IMG/VR virus record: IMGVR_UViG_3300032222_000250
Strand: one strand, 5' to 3'
Length of the DNA: 64,000 nucleotides
Source: an uncultured virus (IMG/VR IMGVR_UViG_3300032222_000250)
Lineage: Duplodnaviria > Heunggongvirae > Uroviricota > Caudoviricetes
In this document: positions 37,082-46,196 of the stretch, piece after piece
Numbering within the stretch: position 1 is the stretch's first letter
Layout of the letters: every line of letters starts with the position of its first letter
The notes under the pieces: model-generated
Databases searched by the model: none
What the model saw: only the letters and a program-made list of their open reading frames with translations
Told to the model about the DNA's origin: nothing
Translations under genes and position numbers: made by a program

Positions 37082-37857
37082 TAAAAAAATTAGTGCATTT
37101 TTCTGACCTACACATTCGTCTATTTAAAGACCACGAATTGTATAAGTCAATCATGATGAATATGTTCAAACAATGGGGTGATATTGCCCCTGATAGAATT
37201 GTATTCACTGGTGACCTGGTACATTCAAAGAATCAGATGACACCCGAACTAATTGAAATGGTTTCGTGGGTGTTGACTGAATGTTCCAAAATCGCTAAGA
37301 CAATAGTTATTATTGGTAACCACGATTTTTTGGAGAACAACATGTCAAGGTTAGATGCATTAACACCAATTATAGAATCACTTAAGAATGAGAACATCGT
37401 ATATTACAAGAATCGCGGGAGCTATGAAGACCAAAATGTTGAATGGGTGGTATTCTCCCTCATGGACCATAACGTGCCACCAGATATCACTGAGAGCCAA
37501 AGAACTAAAATCGGACTCTTCCATGGCCCCGTGGTTGGTTTATCTACGGATATTGGGTATAAGTTTGAGGATGGTTTTGATTCATCTCGTTTTGCCGGTT
37601 GTGACTTGGTTCTATGTGGTGACATCCATAAGCGCCAAGTATTTTCAATCCCGAATGAAAAAAAGGCGTACATGGTAGGTTCTACCATCCAACAAAACTT
37701 TGGTGAAACAGTTAGAAAACACGGATTTGGTATTTATGACATTGAAGAAGACAAATATGAATTTGTGGATTTGGAAAATTCAAAACCTTTCTTATCTTTT
37801 AAAATCACATCAATAGATGACTTGGTAAATGGAACCGAAAGACTTCTCAACTATTAA
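37078..37857 (+). CDS. sbcD: Mre11/SbcD-like metallophosphoesterase nuclease
   Basis: HFSDLH, TGDLVH, GNHD, FHG, GDIH and GSTIQQNFGE. Confidence 0.87.
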   Translation: MIKKLVHFSDLHIRLFKDHELYKSIMMNMFKQWGDIAPDRIVFTGDLVHSKNQMTPELIEMVSWVLTECSKIAKTIVIIGNHDFLENNMSRLDALTPIIESLKNENIVYYKNRGSYEDQNVEWVVFSLMDHNVPPDITESQRTKIGLFHGPVVGLSTDIGYKFEDGFDSSRFAGCDLVLCGDIHKRQVFSIPNEKKAYMVGSTIQQNFGETVRKHGFGIYDIEEDKYEFVDLENSKPFLSFKITSIDDLVNGTERLLNY

Positions 37858-38593
37858 CCTTACACAAAAAGAAATTAAGGATATCCAACAGTTTTGTAAC
37901 TTAAACAAAATTGAGGATATCCCTACTTTTTTGCACACTTGTGCTTGGAAAGGATATGAGGTGGAAAAATTTGGAATTTTAGGAAAAACGGGTGGGATTC
38001 AAGAAAAACGGGTGGAAATTGAGGTAATCCGAGAAAAACGGGTGGAAATACCTGTTGAAGTAATCAAAGAGGTTGTTAAAGTTGAATATGTTGAGGTACC
38101 AGTTGAGGTAATCAAAGAGGTTACAGTAGACAAAATTGTTGAAGTTATTAAAGAAGTTCCTGTAGAAAAAATTGTAACAATTTACGACAACAGTAATGAG
38201 AGTGAACTGTTGTTAAAAATACAACAGTTGGAAAATCAAAAACAAGAATTTTCCACTAAAGTGAGTGATTTGACTAATGAACTACAAAAATTTTCCACTA
38301 TAACCCAAGAAAACGAAAATATTTTCCAAGATAAAATAAAAGAGTTGGAAAGTCGTGAACCTGAAAGAATTGAAATTATCAAAGAAGTTGTTGTTGAAAA
38401 AACAACTACAGACAATTCAAAACAAAAAGCCTTAGAGGAAACTATACAAAAGATTAGAACAGAATTACAATTGAAGAATAAAGAAATAAACGACCTGAAA
38501 AATACAATTACCGAAATCCAAGTATCAAACGGAAGACAAGGTATTTTCTTGGACGGGTCAAATTTAAACAGAACAATAAATAATAGAAAATAA
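37829..38593 (+). CDS. Hypothetical protein with V-E-V-I-K-E repeats and a coiled coil
   Basis: EKRVEIEVIREKRVEIPVEVIKEV...VPVEKIV. Confidence 0.7.
   Translation: MEPKDFSTINLTQKEIKDIQQFCNLNKIEDIPTFLHTCAWKGYEVEKFGILGKTGGIQEKRVEIEVIREKRVEIPVEVIKEVVKVEYVEVPVEVIKEVTVDKIVEVIKEVPVEKIVTIYDNSNESELLLKIQQLENQKQEFSTKVSDLTNELQKFSTITQENENIFQDKIKELESREPERIEIIKEVVVEKTTTDNSKQKALEETIQKIRTELQLKNKEINDLKNTITEIQVSNGRQGIFLDGSNLNRTINNRK
37960..38330. repeat. Opposed arrays of short repeats (GAAAAACGGGTGG x3; ATTTTCCA x3) around a 9-bp-arm palindrome
   Basis: GAAAAACGGGTGG at 37983, 38003 and 38033; AACTGTTGT-taaaaat-ACAACAGTT at ~38205-38229; ATTTTCCA at 38248, 38290 and 38321. Confidence 0.75.
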
Positions 38594-38594
38594 T

Positions 38595-38936
38595 ATGGAA
38601 CTACTAATTTGGATTTTGATTGCTTACGGAATGAGCAACATTTTGGTTTGGGGGTCAATCTTTAGAGCGCCCCGTCAAGCATTGTATGACATGTCACTTG
38701 TGCCAGGTCTACATCAACCAATTGCGAAGTTTTTCGCTGACTTGATTCAATGTATGATGTGTACATCAACATGGGTAGGATTTTTCTTATCTTTAACATT
38801 TTATTCACCATCAATAGAGTTAATGAACTTTAATCCCTACTTTTCTTGGTTCTTTGACGGATGTTTGGCATCAGGGGCAGTTTGGGGAGTCAATGCGTTG
38901 GTTGAATATTGGGAAGGTAATAGACACACCAACTAA
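38595..38936 (+). CDS. Membrane protein, DUF1360-like
   Basis: Hydrophobic segments and CMMCTSTWVG. Confidence 0.65.
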   Translation: MELLIWILIAYGMSNILVWGSIFRAPRQALYDMSLVPGLHQPIAKFFADLIQCMMCTSTWVGFFLSLTFYSPSIELMNFNPYFSWFFDGCLASGAVWGVNALVEYWEGNRHTN

Positions 38937-39137
38937 GTGAAACGATTTTTTATTTTCCTATTAATTTGGATTAGTCAAAATTTATCCATACCTTTTTGGA
39001 TGGTAGGCCATGTTCATCTGATGATGACAGTTTATGATGACATCCATGAGATAATAATGAGTATGGGAATGAACATAGTCGTAGCAATAGGATTTTATTT
39101 AGATTACAAACAAACAACAAAAAAAGAAAATGGGTAA
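38937..39137 (+). CDS. Small membrane protein
   Basis: Two hydrophobic segments; GTG start immediately after the upstream stop. Confidence 0.55.
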   Translation: MKRFFIFLLIWISQNLSIPFWMVGHVHLMMTVYDDIHEIIMSMGMNIVVAIGFYLDYKQTTKKENG

Positions 39138-39327
39138 AAGAGACAAAGAACACAGAAAACGTGTACAGGCAAGAAACAACCAACTGAAAGGTGCTGAGAA
39201 AATGTATCAGAAGATGTACCAAGAGGTTATGAAAAAACAACTTGAGCACTTAGTTGCCGAGCATAAAGCAAAGACAAGTGGCGAAACGGAAACTGACGAA
39301 ACCACCATTCAAGAAGGACAGGATTGA
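39130..39327 (+). CDS. Small hypothetical protein
   Basis: MGKRDKEHRKRVQARN; overlaps the upstream stop. Confidence 0.6.
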   Translation: MGKRDKEHRKRVQARNNQLKGAEKMYQKMYQEVMKKQLEHLVAEHKAKTSGETETDETTIQEGQD

Positions 39328-39361
39328 TTTATTTAATCCACCTTTAACATTTAATTATACC

Positions 39362-41695
39362 ATGAGCAAAGAGATTGAATTAGGGGTCTTAGACAACCCT
39401 TATGTACAGGTAGTATGGGAAGACACCCCCGAGAATTTCACACAAGAAAGGATTAAGAGTGTCAAGGCGTATTTCCAAAAGAAGTATGCTACCACCAATG
39501 TGAACGTCCTAACGAGAGTTAAGAGTGTTGATGATGATACACAACAAACCATTGATGTATCCTTTAACATCATGGACAAGAACTACCAATCTGAGTTAAT
39601 TAAATCGTACTTGAAGTCAAAGAACTACGAACACTATACCGATAGTGTTTTGAATATTGACAACATGGTGGAGAGCAAGATTGCTTCTGAAGCTGAGGAA
39701 GTAACAGCATTTAAAAAGTGGTTCATCAAGAAGATTGAGTTTAGTAACTTTTTATCTTATGGTGAGAACCAAGTTTTAGATTTCACCAAGTGTGATGGTA
39801 TTACGGTGGTAGAGTCAGACCCACCGAATTTTGGGGGAAAGACGGTGTTGACTGTTGACCTACTTATGTTCTTGTTTTTTAATACCACAACCAAGACAAC
39901 AAAGGCTGAGGAAATCTTCAACCGATTTACGGACAAGAACAAAGTGTCTGTAAGGGGTGAAATCAACATTGATGGTGAAGATTACCTAATTGTAAGAAAC
40001 GTTGAAAGAAAGTTATCCAAAGCGGGTGAATGGAACGTTAAAACCGAATTGGACTTCTTCAAGAAACTTGCTGATGGACAACTTCAGAACTTTACTGGTG
40101 AACAAAGAAGGGAAACCGAAAAGTTTATTAAGTCATCCATTGGTGAACAAGAAGACTTCTTAATGACAATTCTTACAACATCGGCAAACTTGGAAGACTT
40201 GTTGGAATCCAAACCCACAGCTCGTGGTCAGGTTCTAACTCGTTTCTTGGGTCTTGAATTCTTGAAGAAGAAAGAAGAAGCGGGAAAAGAATTGTTCTCA
40301 CAATTCTCAAAAACAATGATGTCAAATGTGTATTCAACAGAACAGTTGAACCAAGACAATCAAAACGCAACAGACCAAATCACAAACATCAACGTCAGGA
40401 ACATTCTTATTGAGGGTGAGATGATGATGGTGAATGAAAAGATTCAAAAGGGGGTTGAATACCGTGATGGTTTGATTGCCAAAAGACACGCTGACATTGA
40501 CCAAGAACTGGCAATTCTTAATCCACAAGATTTAAACTTGGCTGTTCTACAACTTGAAACCAAAAAACAAGAACAGGTTGTTTTGTTAAAAGGTGTTAAG
40601 GTTGTTGAACCAAGTCAATTCTACCACGAGGACAAACACGATGCAATTAAAGATGAAGTTAACAGAGTTTACCGTGAAAAGGTAAGTGTTGACCACAAAG
40701 TATCTGAGTTGGTTAAATTATCACAAACAGTATCAGGGGGTATTAAATGTGAACACTGTGGTATTGATTTGATGAACGCAGCCATCACGGCATCAAAACT
40801 TGCCGAACTTGATGGATTAAGAACCAAGAGTTCTGAACTTGGCAAAGAACTTGCCGAGTTAACAGAAAAAGAAAAAGGGTTTGTACAACTAAAGAAAGAC
40901 TTTGATGAATATGAGAGAAACAAACTCATCAAAGAAAAGATTGAAGTTGCCATAGAATCATTTGATATTAAGATTGGACAACAAAAGAGTATTCAAGAAA
41001 GATATTTTCAACAACAAACCAAAATTGAAGAGAATAAAAAGATTGAAGAAACTCTTACAAGAGCTACCTTACGATTGAATGAATTGACTGGTGAACAATC
41101 AAAATTGGAAAGAGAAAAAGGTGGTAACATCACTCAAATTGAAACATTGAATAAGAAGGTTGAAAAGAATAATGAAACAATCTTAAAAATTGCACAAGAA
41201 TTTGAACGTGAACGTCTATATAAGATTTACTTGGAAGTATTTGGGAAGAACGGTATTACCAAGATGATTATGAAGACAATGATGCCTTTAATCAATTCTG
41301 AATTACAAAGGTTACTTCAGGACAGCGCCTACTTCAAATTGGAAGTTCGTATCTCTGAAAAGAATGAAGTTGAATTTGTGATGATTGATAACTCTACCGG
41401 CATTGAAAAACTGATGGTATCAGGTTCAGGTTATGAAAAGACAATTGCATCATTAGCTTTAAGGGCCGTGTTGTCTAAGATTTGTTCATTACCAAAACCA
41501 AATATAATAGTTATGGACGAAGTTTTTGGAAAAATATCAAATGATAACCTTGAAATGGTTGGAGATTTTTTTACAAAGATTAAAGAATATTTTGAAAAGA
41601 TATTTGTAATTTCACATAATCCCTTGATAAGTAATTGGGCCGATAATATGGTTAGAATTACAAAATCAGACAATATTTCAAAAGTCTCACAATAG
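39362..41695 (+). CDS. sbcC: Rad50/SbcC-like SMC ATPase with an extra N-terminal domain
   Basis: FSNFLSYG, Walker A variant NFGGKT, zinc hook CEHC, signature variant SGSGYE, Walker B IIVMDE and H-loop ISH. Confidence 0.9.
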   Translation: MSKEIELGVLDNPYVQVVWEDTPENFTQERIKSVKAYFQKKYATTNVNVLTRVKSVDDDTQQTIDVSFNIMDKNYQSELIKSYLKSKNYEHYTDSVLNIDNMVESKIASEAEEVTAFKKWFIKKIEFSNFLSYGENQVLDFTKCDGITVVESDPPNFGGKTVLTVDLLMFLFFNTTTKTTKAEEIFNRFTDKNKVSVRGEINIDGEDYLIVRNVERKLSKAGEWNVKTELDFFKKLADGQLQNFTGEQRRETEKFIKSSIGEQEDFLMTILTTSANLEDLLESKPTARGQVLTRFLGLEFLKKKEEAGKELFSQFSKTMMSNVYSTEQLNQDNQNATDQITNINVRNILIEGEMMMVNEKIQKGVEYRDGLIAKRHADIDQELAILNPQDLNLAVLQLETKKQEQVVLLKGVKVVEPSQFYHEDKHDAIKDEVNRVYREKVSVDHKVSELVKLSQTVSGGIKCEHCGIDLMNAAITASKLAELDGLRTKSSELGKELAELTEKEKGFVQLKKDFDEYERNKLIKEKIEVAIESFDIKIGQQKSIQERYFQQQTKIEENKKIEETLTRATLRLNELTGEQSKLEREKGGNITQIETLNKKVEKNNETILKIAQEFERERLYKIYLEVFGKNGITKMIMKTMMPLINSELQRLLQDSAYFKLEVRISEKNEVEFVMIDNSTGIEKLMVSGSGYEKTIASLALRAVLSKICSLPKPNIIVMDEVFGKISNDNLEMVGDFFTKIKEYFEKIFVISHNPLISNWADNMVRITKSDNISKVSQ

Positions 41696-41709
41696 TGGGA
41701 CTTTTTTTT
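41680..41709 (+). terminator. Rho-independent terminator
   Basis: AAAGTCTCAC-aata-GTGGGACTTT followed by a T-run. Confidence 0.8.
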
Positions 41710-41764
41710 ATTATATTATTTTAATACTTTATGGTTTTTGATGAATTAATAAATATTTATTAAT

Positions 41765-42472
41765 ATGGAAAATAAATTATGTGTTTGTTGTAAAATGACT
41801 AAAGATGTCAATGAATTTCATAAAAACAAATCTAAAAAAGACGGATTACAAGAAAATTGTAAAGTTTGTAGAAATTTAAAATCACAACAAAATAAAGAAA
41901 AACAAAAAGAATATAAAATAGAATGGTATCATAAAAATTTGGATAAGGTTAAATCAATGTCAAATTTAAGATACCACATGAATAAAGATATCATCAACAA
42001 AAAAAAGAAGGATACCTATCATAAAGATGAGTCAGTAAGACTTAAATATAGAGAGCAACAAAAAAAATATTACGAAAATAATAAAGAGTTATTTTCTAAA
42101 AACGCAAAACTTTGGACAGAATTGAATAGAGATAAACGTAATGAAATTTCCAAAAAACATTATAATGAATATAAGACATTAATGATATGTCGTAGATTGA
42201 TTAAACGAACCATAAAGTATTTGGGAACTGAAAAAGAATCAACAACAATTGAACTTTTAGGATACTCACCATGTCAATTGAAAGAAAGTATTGAATCTAA
42301 ATTTACTAATGGAATGTCTTGGAGTAATTATGGTGAGTGGCATATTGACCACAAAAAACCTATATCTGTATTTGATAAAACAGAAAAACCTAATGTAATC
42401 AACTCTTTAGATAACTTACAACCATTATGGGCTTTTGATAATTTAAGTAAAGGATGTAAATTTGAACAATAA
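41765..42472 (+). CDS. HNH homing endonuclease-like protein
   Basis: N-terminal CVCC..CKVC; C-terminal WHIDHKKP..NLQPLWAFDNLSKG. Confidence 0.85.
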   Translation: MENKLCVCCKMTKDVNEFHKNKSKKDGLQENCKVCRNLKSQQNKEKQKEYKIEWYHKNLDKVKSMSNLRYHMNKDIINKKKKDTYHKDESVRLKYREQQKKYYENNKELFSKNAKLWTELNRDKRNEISKKHYNEYKTLMICRRLIKRTIKYLGTEKESTTIELLGYSPCQLKESIESKFTNGMSWSNYGEWHIDHKKPISVFDKTEKPNVINSLDNLQPLWAFDNLSKGCKFEQ

Positions 42473-42503
42473 AAAAAACCCCCTTCTTATGTTGGGGGTT
42501 TTT
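42471..42503. terminator. Bidirectional terminator between convergent genes
   Basis: AAAAAAAACCCCC-loop-GGGGGTTTTT. Confidence 0.8.
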
Positions 42504-42507
42504 AATT

Positions 42508-42798
42508 TTATTCTGAATTTCTCATTTGATTTGATACTTCTCCAACATAGTCAAAGAAATTTTCACCATAGAGTTCCATGAGTCTTTTAATTATAAGTTT
42601 TGGGTTTTTTCTCATGTATCTAACAACATCATTTGGTATTTCTGATGAATAACTTCCAAAGACATTTTTTAAACCTGTTTCTCTTTTTGTTTCAGGAACA
42701 TTAGGTTCAACGGAAAAGTCCGCTTCTAATAAATTTTTTTTGAGTGATTTACTGATTAAGTTTTTCAGGTCACCTTCTGATAGGGTTACTTTTTTCAT
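42508..42798 (-). CDS. Hypothetical protein, probable internal head protein
   Basis: Leader MKKVTLSEGDLKNLISKSLKKNLLE. Confidence 0.6.
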   Translation of the reverse strand: MKKVTLSEGDLKNLISKSLKKNLLEADFSVEPNVPETKRETGLKNVFGSYSSEIPNDVVRYMRKNPKLIIKRLMELYGENFFDYVGEVSNQMRNSE

Positions 42799-42801
42799 AA
42801 A

Positions 42802-43083
42802 TTAATGTTTTGCACCTTTATAACCACCAATGTTTTTTGCAAAGTTGGCCATTTTAACAACACTACTATCTTCTGATTTCATAGCTTTGTTAATACATTT
42901 CATTGATACTTCTTCGCCAAAACCGTGGTCTTTACACCATTCACCAAATTTACCTTTGGTTCCTTTTTTTTCTGATTTGGCAACGGCTTTTTGGATAAAA
43001 TTTTCATCTTTTTTTGCTTCAGTCACAATTGACTTAATTAAATCTTTAAGTTGTGTTTCGGTTAAACGAACTATATTTGACAT
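42802..43083 (-). CDS. Hypothetical protein, probable internal head protein
   Basis: Leader MSNIVRLTETQLKDLIKSIVTE; TATTTATT upstream. Confidence 0.6.
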   Translation of the reverse strand: MSNIVRLTETQLKDLIKSIVTEAKKDENFIQKAVAKSEKKGTKGKFGEWCKDHGFGEEVSMKCINKAMKSEDSSVVKMANFAKNIGGYKGAKH

Positions 43084-43088
43084 GTGAG

Positions 43089-43119
43089 TTTGGTTTTTCA
43101 AATAAATATCTTATCTTTG
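43089..43119 (+). promoter_or_regulatory. Bacteroidota sigmaA-type promoter with a divergent late motif inside its spacer
   Basis: TTTG (43089), 19-bp spacer, TATCTTTG (43112); minus-strand TATTTATT at 43101-43108. Confidence 0.75.
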
Positions 43120-43138
43120 AATAATAATCCTACAACAT

Positions 43139-43657
43139 ATGAGATATATAACTTTTTTAATGGGTGTTGATTTTGATTCAAAAGAAGAACTTGACAATTT
43201 TGCTTTATCATTAACACCAATACATAACGAACATTTAAAATATCTTTTCATTATGAACTCAATGGTAATCCACTTTGATTCGGATTTGCCATATGATGAT
43301 TTAAAACTTTTTATGGGTGAATTATGTAAAGAATATAACTTTTTTTACATTTTACAGGAATTCCCTAACAAAATGGCGTTAAATTTTGATGATGTTGATG
43401 CTAAACATTTATTTGATTTAAGTTTTTTTGAAAAAAATATTGATAATACAGACGGAATTAAATTTAATTTTAAATTTGACTATGGTGATGACGAAGATGA
43501 AGATGATATGGATGATGATTTGGTACAACTATTAAAAGAAAAATATTTGATTAAACAGGAAGAACCATCTTTGGATGAGATATTAGAAAAAATCCACCAA
43601 AAAGGCGTATCTTCGTTGACGATTCAAGAAAAAGCAATACTTAACAACTACAACTAA
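43139..43657 (+). CDS. Hypothetical protein with a C-terminal DUF6576-like motif
   Basis: SLDEILEKIHQKGVSSLTIQEKAIL. Confidence 0.65.
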   Translation: MRYITFLMGVDFDSKEELDNFALSLTPIHNEHLKYLFIMNSMVIHFDSDLPYDDLKLFMGELCKEYNFFYILQEFPNKMALNFDDVDAKHLFDLSFFEKNIDNTDGIKFNFKFDYGDDEDEDDMDDDLVQLLKEKYLIKQEEPSLDEILEKIHQKGVSSLTIQEKAILNNYN

Positions 43658-43662
43658 GAACT

Positions 43663-44463
43663 ATGAAAGATAAAAACCTACAGATTCCAATTAACCAAGA
43701 AGAAATTTCAAGTTATTTAAAAGACATCCGTAAACTCAAGGTGATGACCGTTGAGCGTGAACGTGAATTGTCTGAACGTATCTGCAGTGACAATATCTCT
43801 GAAAGAGAACGTCAACGAATTTATAAGGAGTTGTTGGAAGGTAACCTACGATTTGTTATCACGGTTGCCAAACAATACCAAAACCAAGGTCTTGAATTGT
43901 CTGACTTGGTGGCTGAGGGTAATGTTGGTTTATTAAAAGCAATTCAGAATTTTGATTGGACCAAGAAACTTCGTTTCATATCATACGCTGTGTGGTGGAT
44001 TCGTCAGTCTATTCTACAATCTTTGAACGAGAATGCCCGTACAATCCGTCTACCAGTAAACGTGGTACAAGAATTATTCAAGGAGAAAAAGTTGATTGAC
44101 CGTAATGGGGGTGAATTATCAGATAAGTTTACATCTCTACCATCTATTGTAGATTTGGATAAACAAATCAACGAGGAAGGTGATACATTGTTGGATATGA
44201 TTGCGGACCAAAACGCGTCAATGCCTGACGAAGTATTCAACTCTAAAGATGTCCTGAAGGAAAAGTTGACAGGTATTATGAGAATCTTGGATGAGCGTGA
44301 AAGAGCTATTGTTGAGGATTATTTTGGTATCTCAGGTCAGACAAGAACCCTTGAAGATATTGGTAATGACTTCAACTTGACTAAAGAAAGAGTACGTCAA
44401 ATCAAGGAAAAAGCATTACGAAAACTTCGTAATGAGAGTGCCGAGTTGTTTGAATACATGTAA
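43663..44463 (+). CDS. Sigma-70 family RNA polymerase sigma factor, Bacteroidota primary-sigma-like
   Basis: Region 1.2 SSYLKDI; region 2 NLRFVITVAKQYQNQGL..RFISYAVWWIRQSILQ..IRLP; region 4 TLEDIG..LTKERVRQIKEKALRKLR. Confidence 0.93.
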   Translation: MKDKNLQIPINQEEISSYLKDIRKLKVMTVERERELSERICSDNISERERQRIYKELLEGNLRFVITVAKQYQNQGLELSDLVAEGNVGLLKAIQNFDWTKKLRFISYAVWWIRQSILQSLNENARTIRLPVNVVQELFKEKKLIDRNGGELSDKFTSLPSIVDLDKQINEEGDTLLDMIADQNASMPDEVFNSKDVLKEKLTGIMRILDERERAIVEDYFGISGQTRTLEDIGNDFNLTKERVRQIKEKALRKLRNESAELFEYM

Positions 44464-44499
44464 TTGATATTTATAATTAACATATAAAATAAAAAAACT

Positions 44500-44781
44500 A
44501 TGAAATTTTTAGAAACATTAAAAAAATACCAACAACAAATCTTGGTTGTTTTGTTCCTTTTATTATTGTTAAAAGGATGTGGTACTAACTCAGAAGTAAC
44601 TAAATTGAGAAAAGAGGTTGAATCTCAAAGAGAGATTTTAAAAAACCTACCAACTAAAAAGGATTTACAAATTGAAGGTTTGAAATCAGAAAAAAGAATG
44701 ATTCAGGCTACCGACAGAAAAATGCTGGATGTTCAAAGACAAAGTGAAATTGATAAAGAAATTGAAAAATTAAACAAATAA
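44500..44781 (+). CDS. Putative lipoprotein or membrane-anchored coiled-coil protein
   Basis: The hydrophobic N-terminus ends LLLLKGC (lipobox-like). Confidence 0.55.
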   Translation: MKFLETLKKYQQQILVVLFLLLLLKGCGTNSEVTKLRKEVESQREILKNLPTKKDLQIEGLKSEKRMIQATDRKMLDVQRQSEIDKEIEKLNK

Positions 44782-44782
44782 A

Positions 44783-45598
44783 ATGAAAAAGTGGTTACAA
44801 TCAAACTTAAACAATATTATTGTTGGTAGTTTTTTAATTCCAATTTTATTAGTTGCTTTCGTTTCAATATCTCACGTTACTACATTGTATTCATTGTCAA
44901 ACCCTCTAAGTTGGGCAATTTACTTATCAGTTGCAGTTGAGATTGCCGCTCTTGCGGCTTTGGCGGGTGTCTCAGCGAAGTTTGGTAAGTTTATCTATAT
45001 ACCATTTGGTATTGTAACGTTCATACAATTTGTAGGTAACTTCTTTTATTCGTATTCACACATCAACATAAACTCACAGGACTTCAAAGACTGGGTAGAT
45101 ATGATATCAGGTTTATTAGAAACACTTGGTGTTGACCCTACAGATGTAACATCACACAGAAGAATCTTGGCATTTATCACTGGTGGTCTTATACCATTTA
45201 TTTCTTTGACATTTGCTCATATGTTAATTGTATATTCTTCAAAGATTCAAACTAATGAAGATAATATTGGTGATACTGTAAGTGATACTGTAAATGAACC
45301 TGTAGTTTTAACCGAAGAAGAATTAATTGAGTTAAGTAAAAAAGCTGGTACAATAGAAGCTGAACAAGTTGAAGAAAAAATAAACCCAACACCTGAAGAG
45401 TTAGACCTTTTAGAAAAAGCGTTAAAAAATCTTGAGGAAAAATCTAAAATTGAGGAACCTGTTGAAACACAAGAAACTACAAAATATTTCGTTGATGATG
45501 AAGAAATTGTGGTGGATGAAGAATCAACAACATTGACAGGACTAACTGAAAAAACTCAAGAAAAGATTAAAAGGTTAAGTTACACAAAAGATGTATAA
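44783..45598 (+). CDS. Multi-pass membrane protein with an acidic tail (holin-like context)
   Basis: About four TM segments, immediately upstream of the amidase-like gene. Confidence 0.55.
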   Translation: MKKWLQSNLNNIIVGSFLIPILLVAFVSISHVTTLYSLSNPLSWAIYLSVAVEIAALAALAGVSAKFGKFIYIPFGIVTFIQFVGNFFYSYSHININSQDFKDWVDMISGLLETLGVDPTDVTSHRRILAFITGGLIPFISLTFAHMLIVYSSKIQTNEDNIGDTVSDTVNEPVVLTEEELIELSKKAGTIEAEQVEEKINPTPEELDLLEKALKNLEEKSKIEEPVETQETTKYFVDDEEIVVDEESTTLTGLTEKTQEKIKRLSYTKDV

Positions 45599-46196
45599 TA
45601 CGGTTGAAAGACTTTCACCAAATATTTCTGGTAAACAGAAAAAGAAAAAACAAATTATTTTAACAAATACTGGAAGGGACGTTGAGGAATACTTAACGTC
45701 CCTTAAGTATAGAATGAACGGTAAGTTCAAAAGAATTCCACATTATGTGGTTACTAAAGATGGGAATGTAGTTCAATTACTTCCTGATGAAGCCTACTCA
45801 GATTACTTCAACGAAATAAACATAAACAGAAACTCAATTATTATTTCTTTTGAAAATCTTGGTTGGTTAGAAAAGGTTCCATTAAAAGATTATTACACTA
45901 ACTGGATTGGCAATATTTATAAAGGAAGTGCTTACGAAAAGAAATGGAGAGATTATTTTTTGTGGGAACCTTACACAGATGTTCAGATGAAATCCGCAGC
46001 TGAACTTTGTATAAAATTAGTAACAGAACATAAAATAGATAAACAATGTATTGGTCATAATACAAAAATAGATAACGTAGATAAGTTAGGTGGAATTGTT
46101 TCCCGAAGTAACTTTGACACAATATTTACAGATGTAAGTCCGGCATTTAATTTTGAAAAATTTACAACATATATTAAAAATGAACAACTCGTATGA
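45591..46196 (+). CDS. N-acetylmuramoyl-L-alanine amidase (Amidase_2)-like protein
   Basis: IPHYVVTKDGNVVQL, NRNSIIISFEN, YTDVQMKS, IGHN and TDVSPAF. Confidence 0.72.
   Translation: MYNTVERLSPNISGKQKKKKQIILTNTGRDVEEYLTSLKYRMNGKFKRIPHYVVTKDGNVVQLLPDEAYSDYFNEININRNSIIISFENLGWLEKVPLKDYYTNWIGNIYKGSAYEKKWRDYFLWEPYTDVQMKSAAELCIKLVTEHKIDKQCIGHNTKIDNVDKLGGIVSRSNFDTIFTDVSPAFNFEKFTTYIKNEQLV

Noticed and set aside
39254..39361. Longer N-terminus for SbcC
   Set aside because: The TTG start overlaps the upstream gene; the ATG at 39362 after an AT-rich leader is more plausible.
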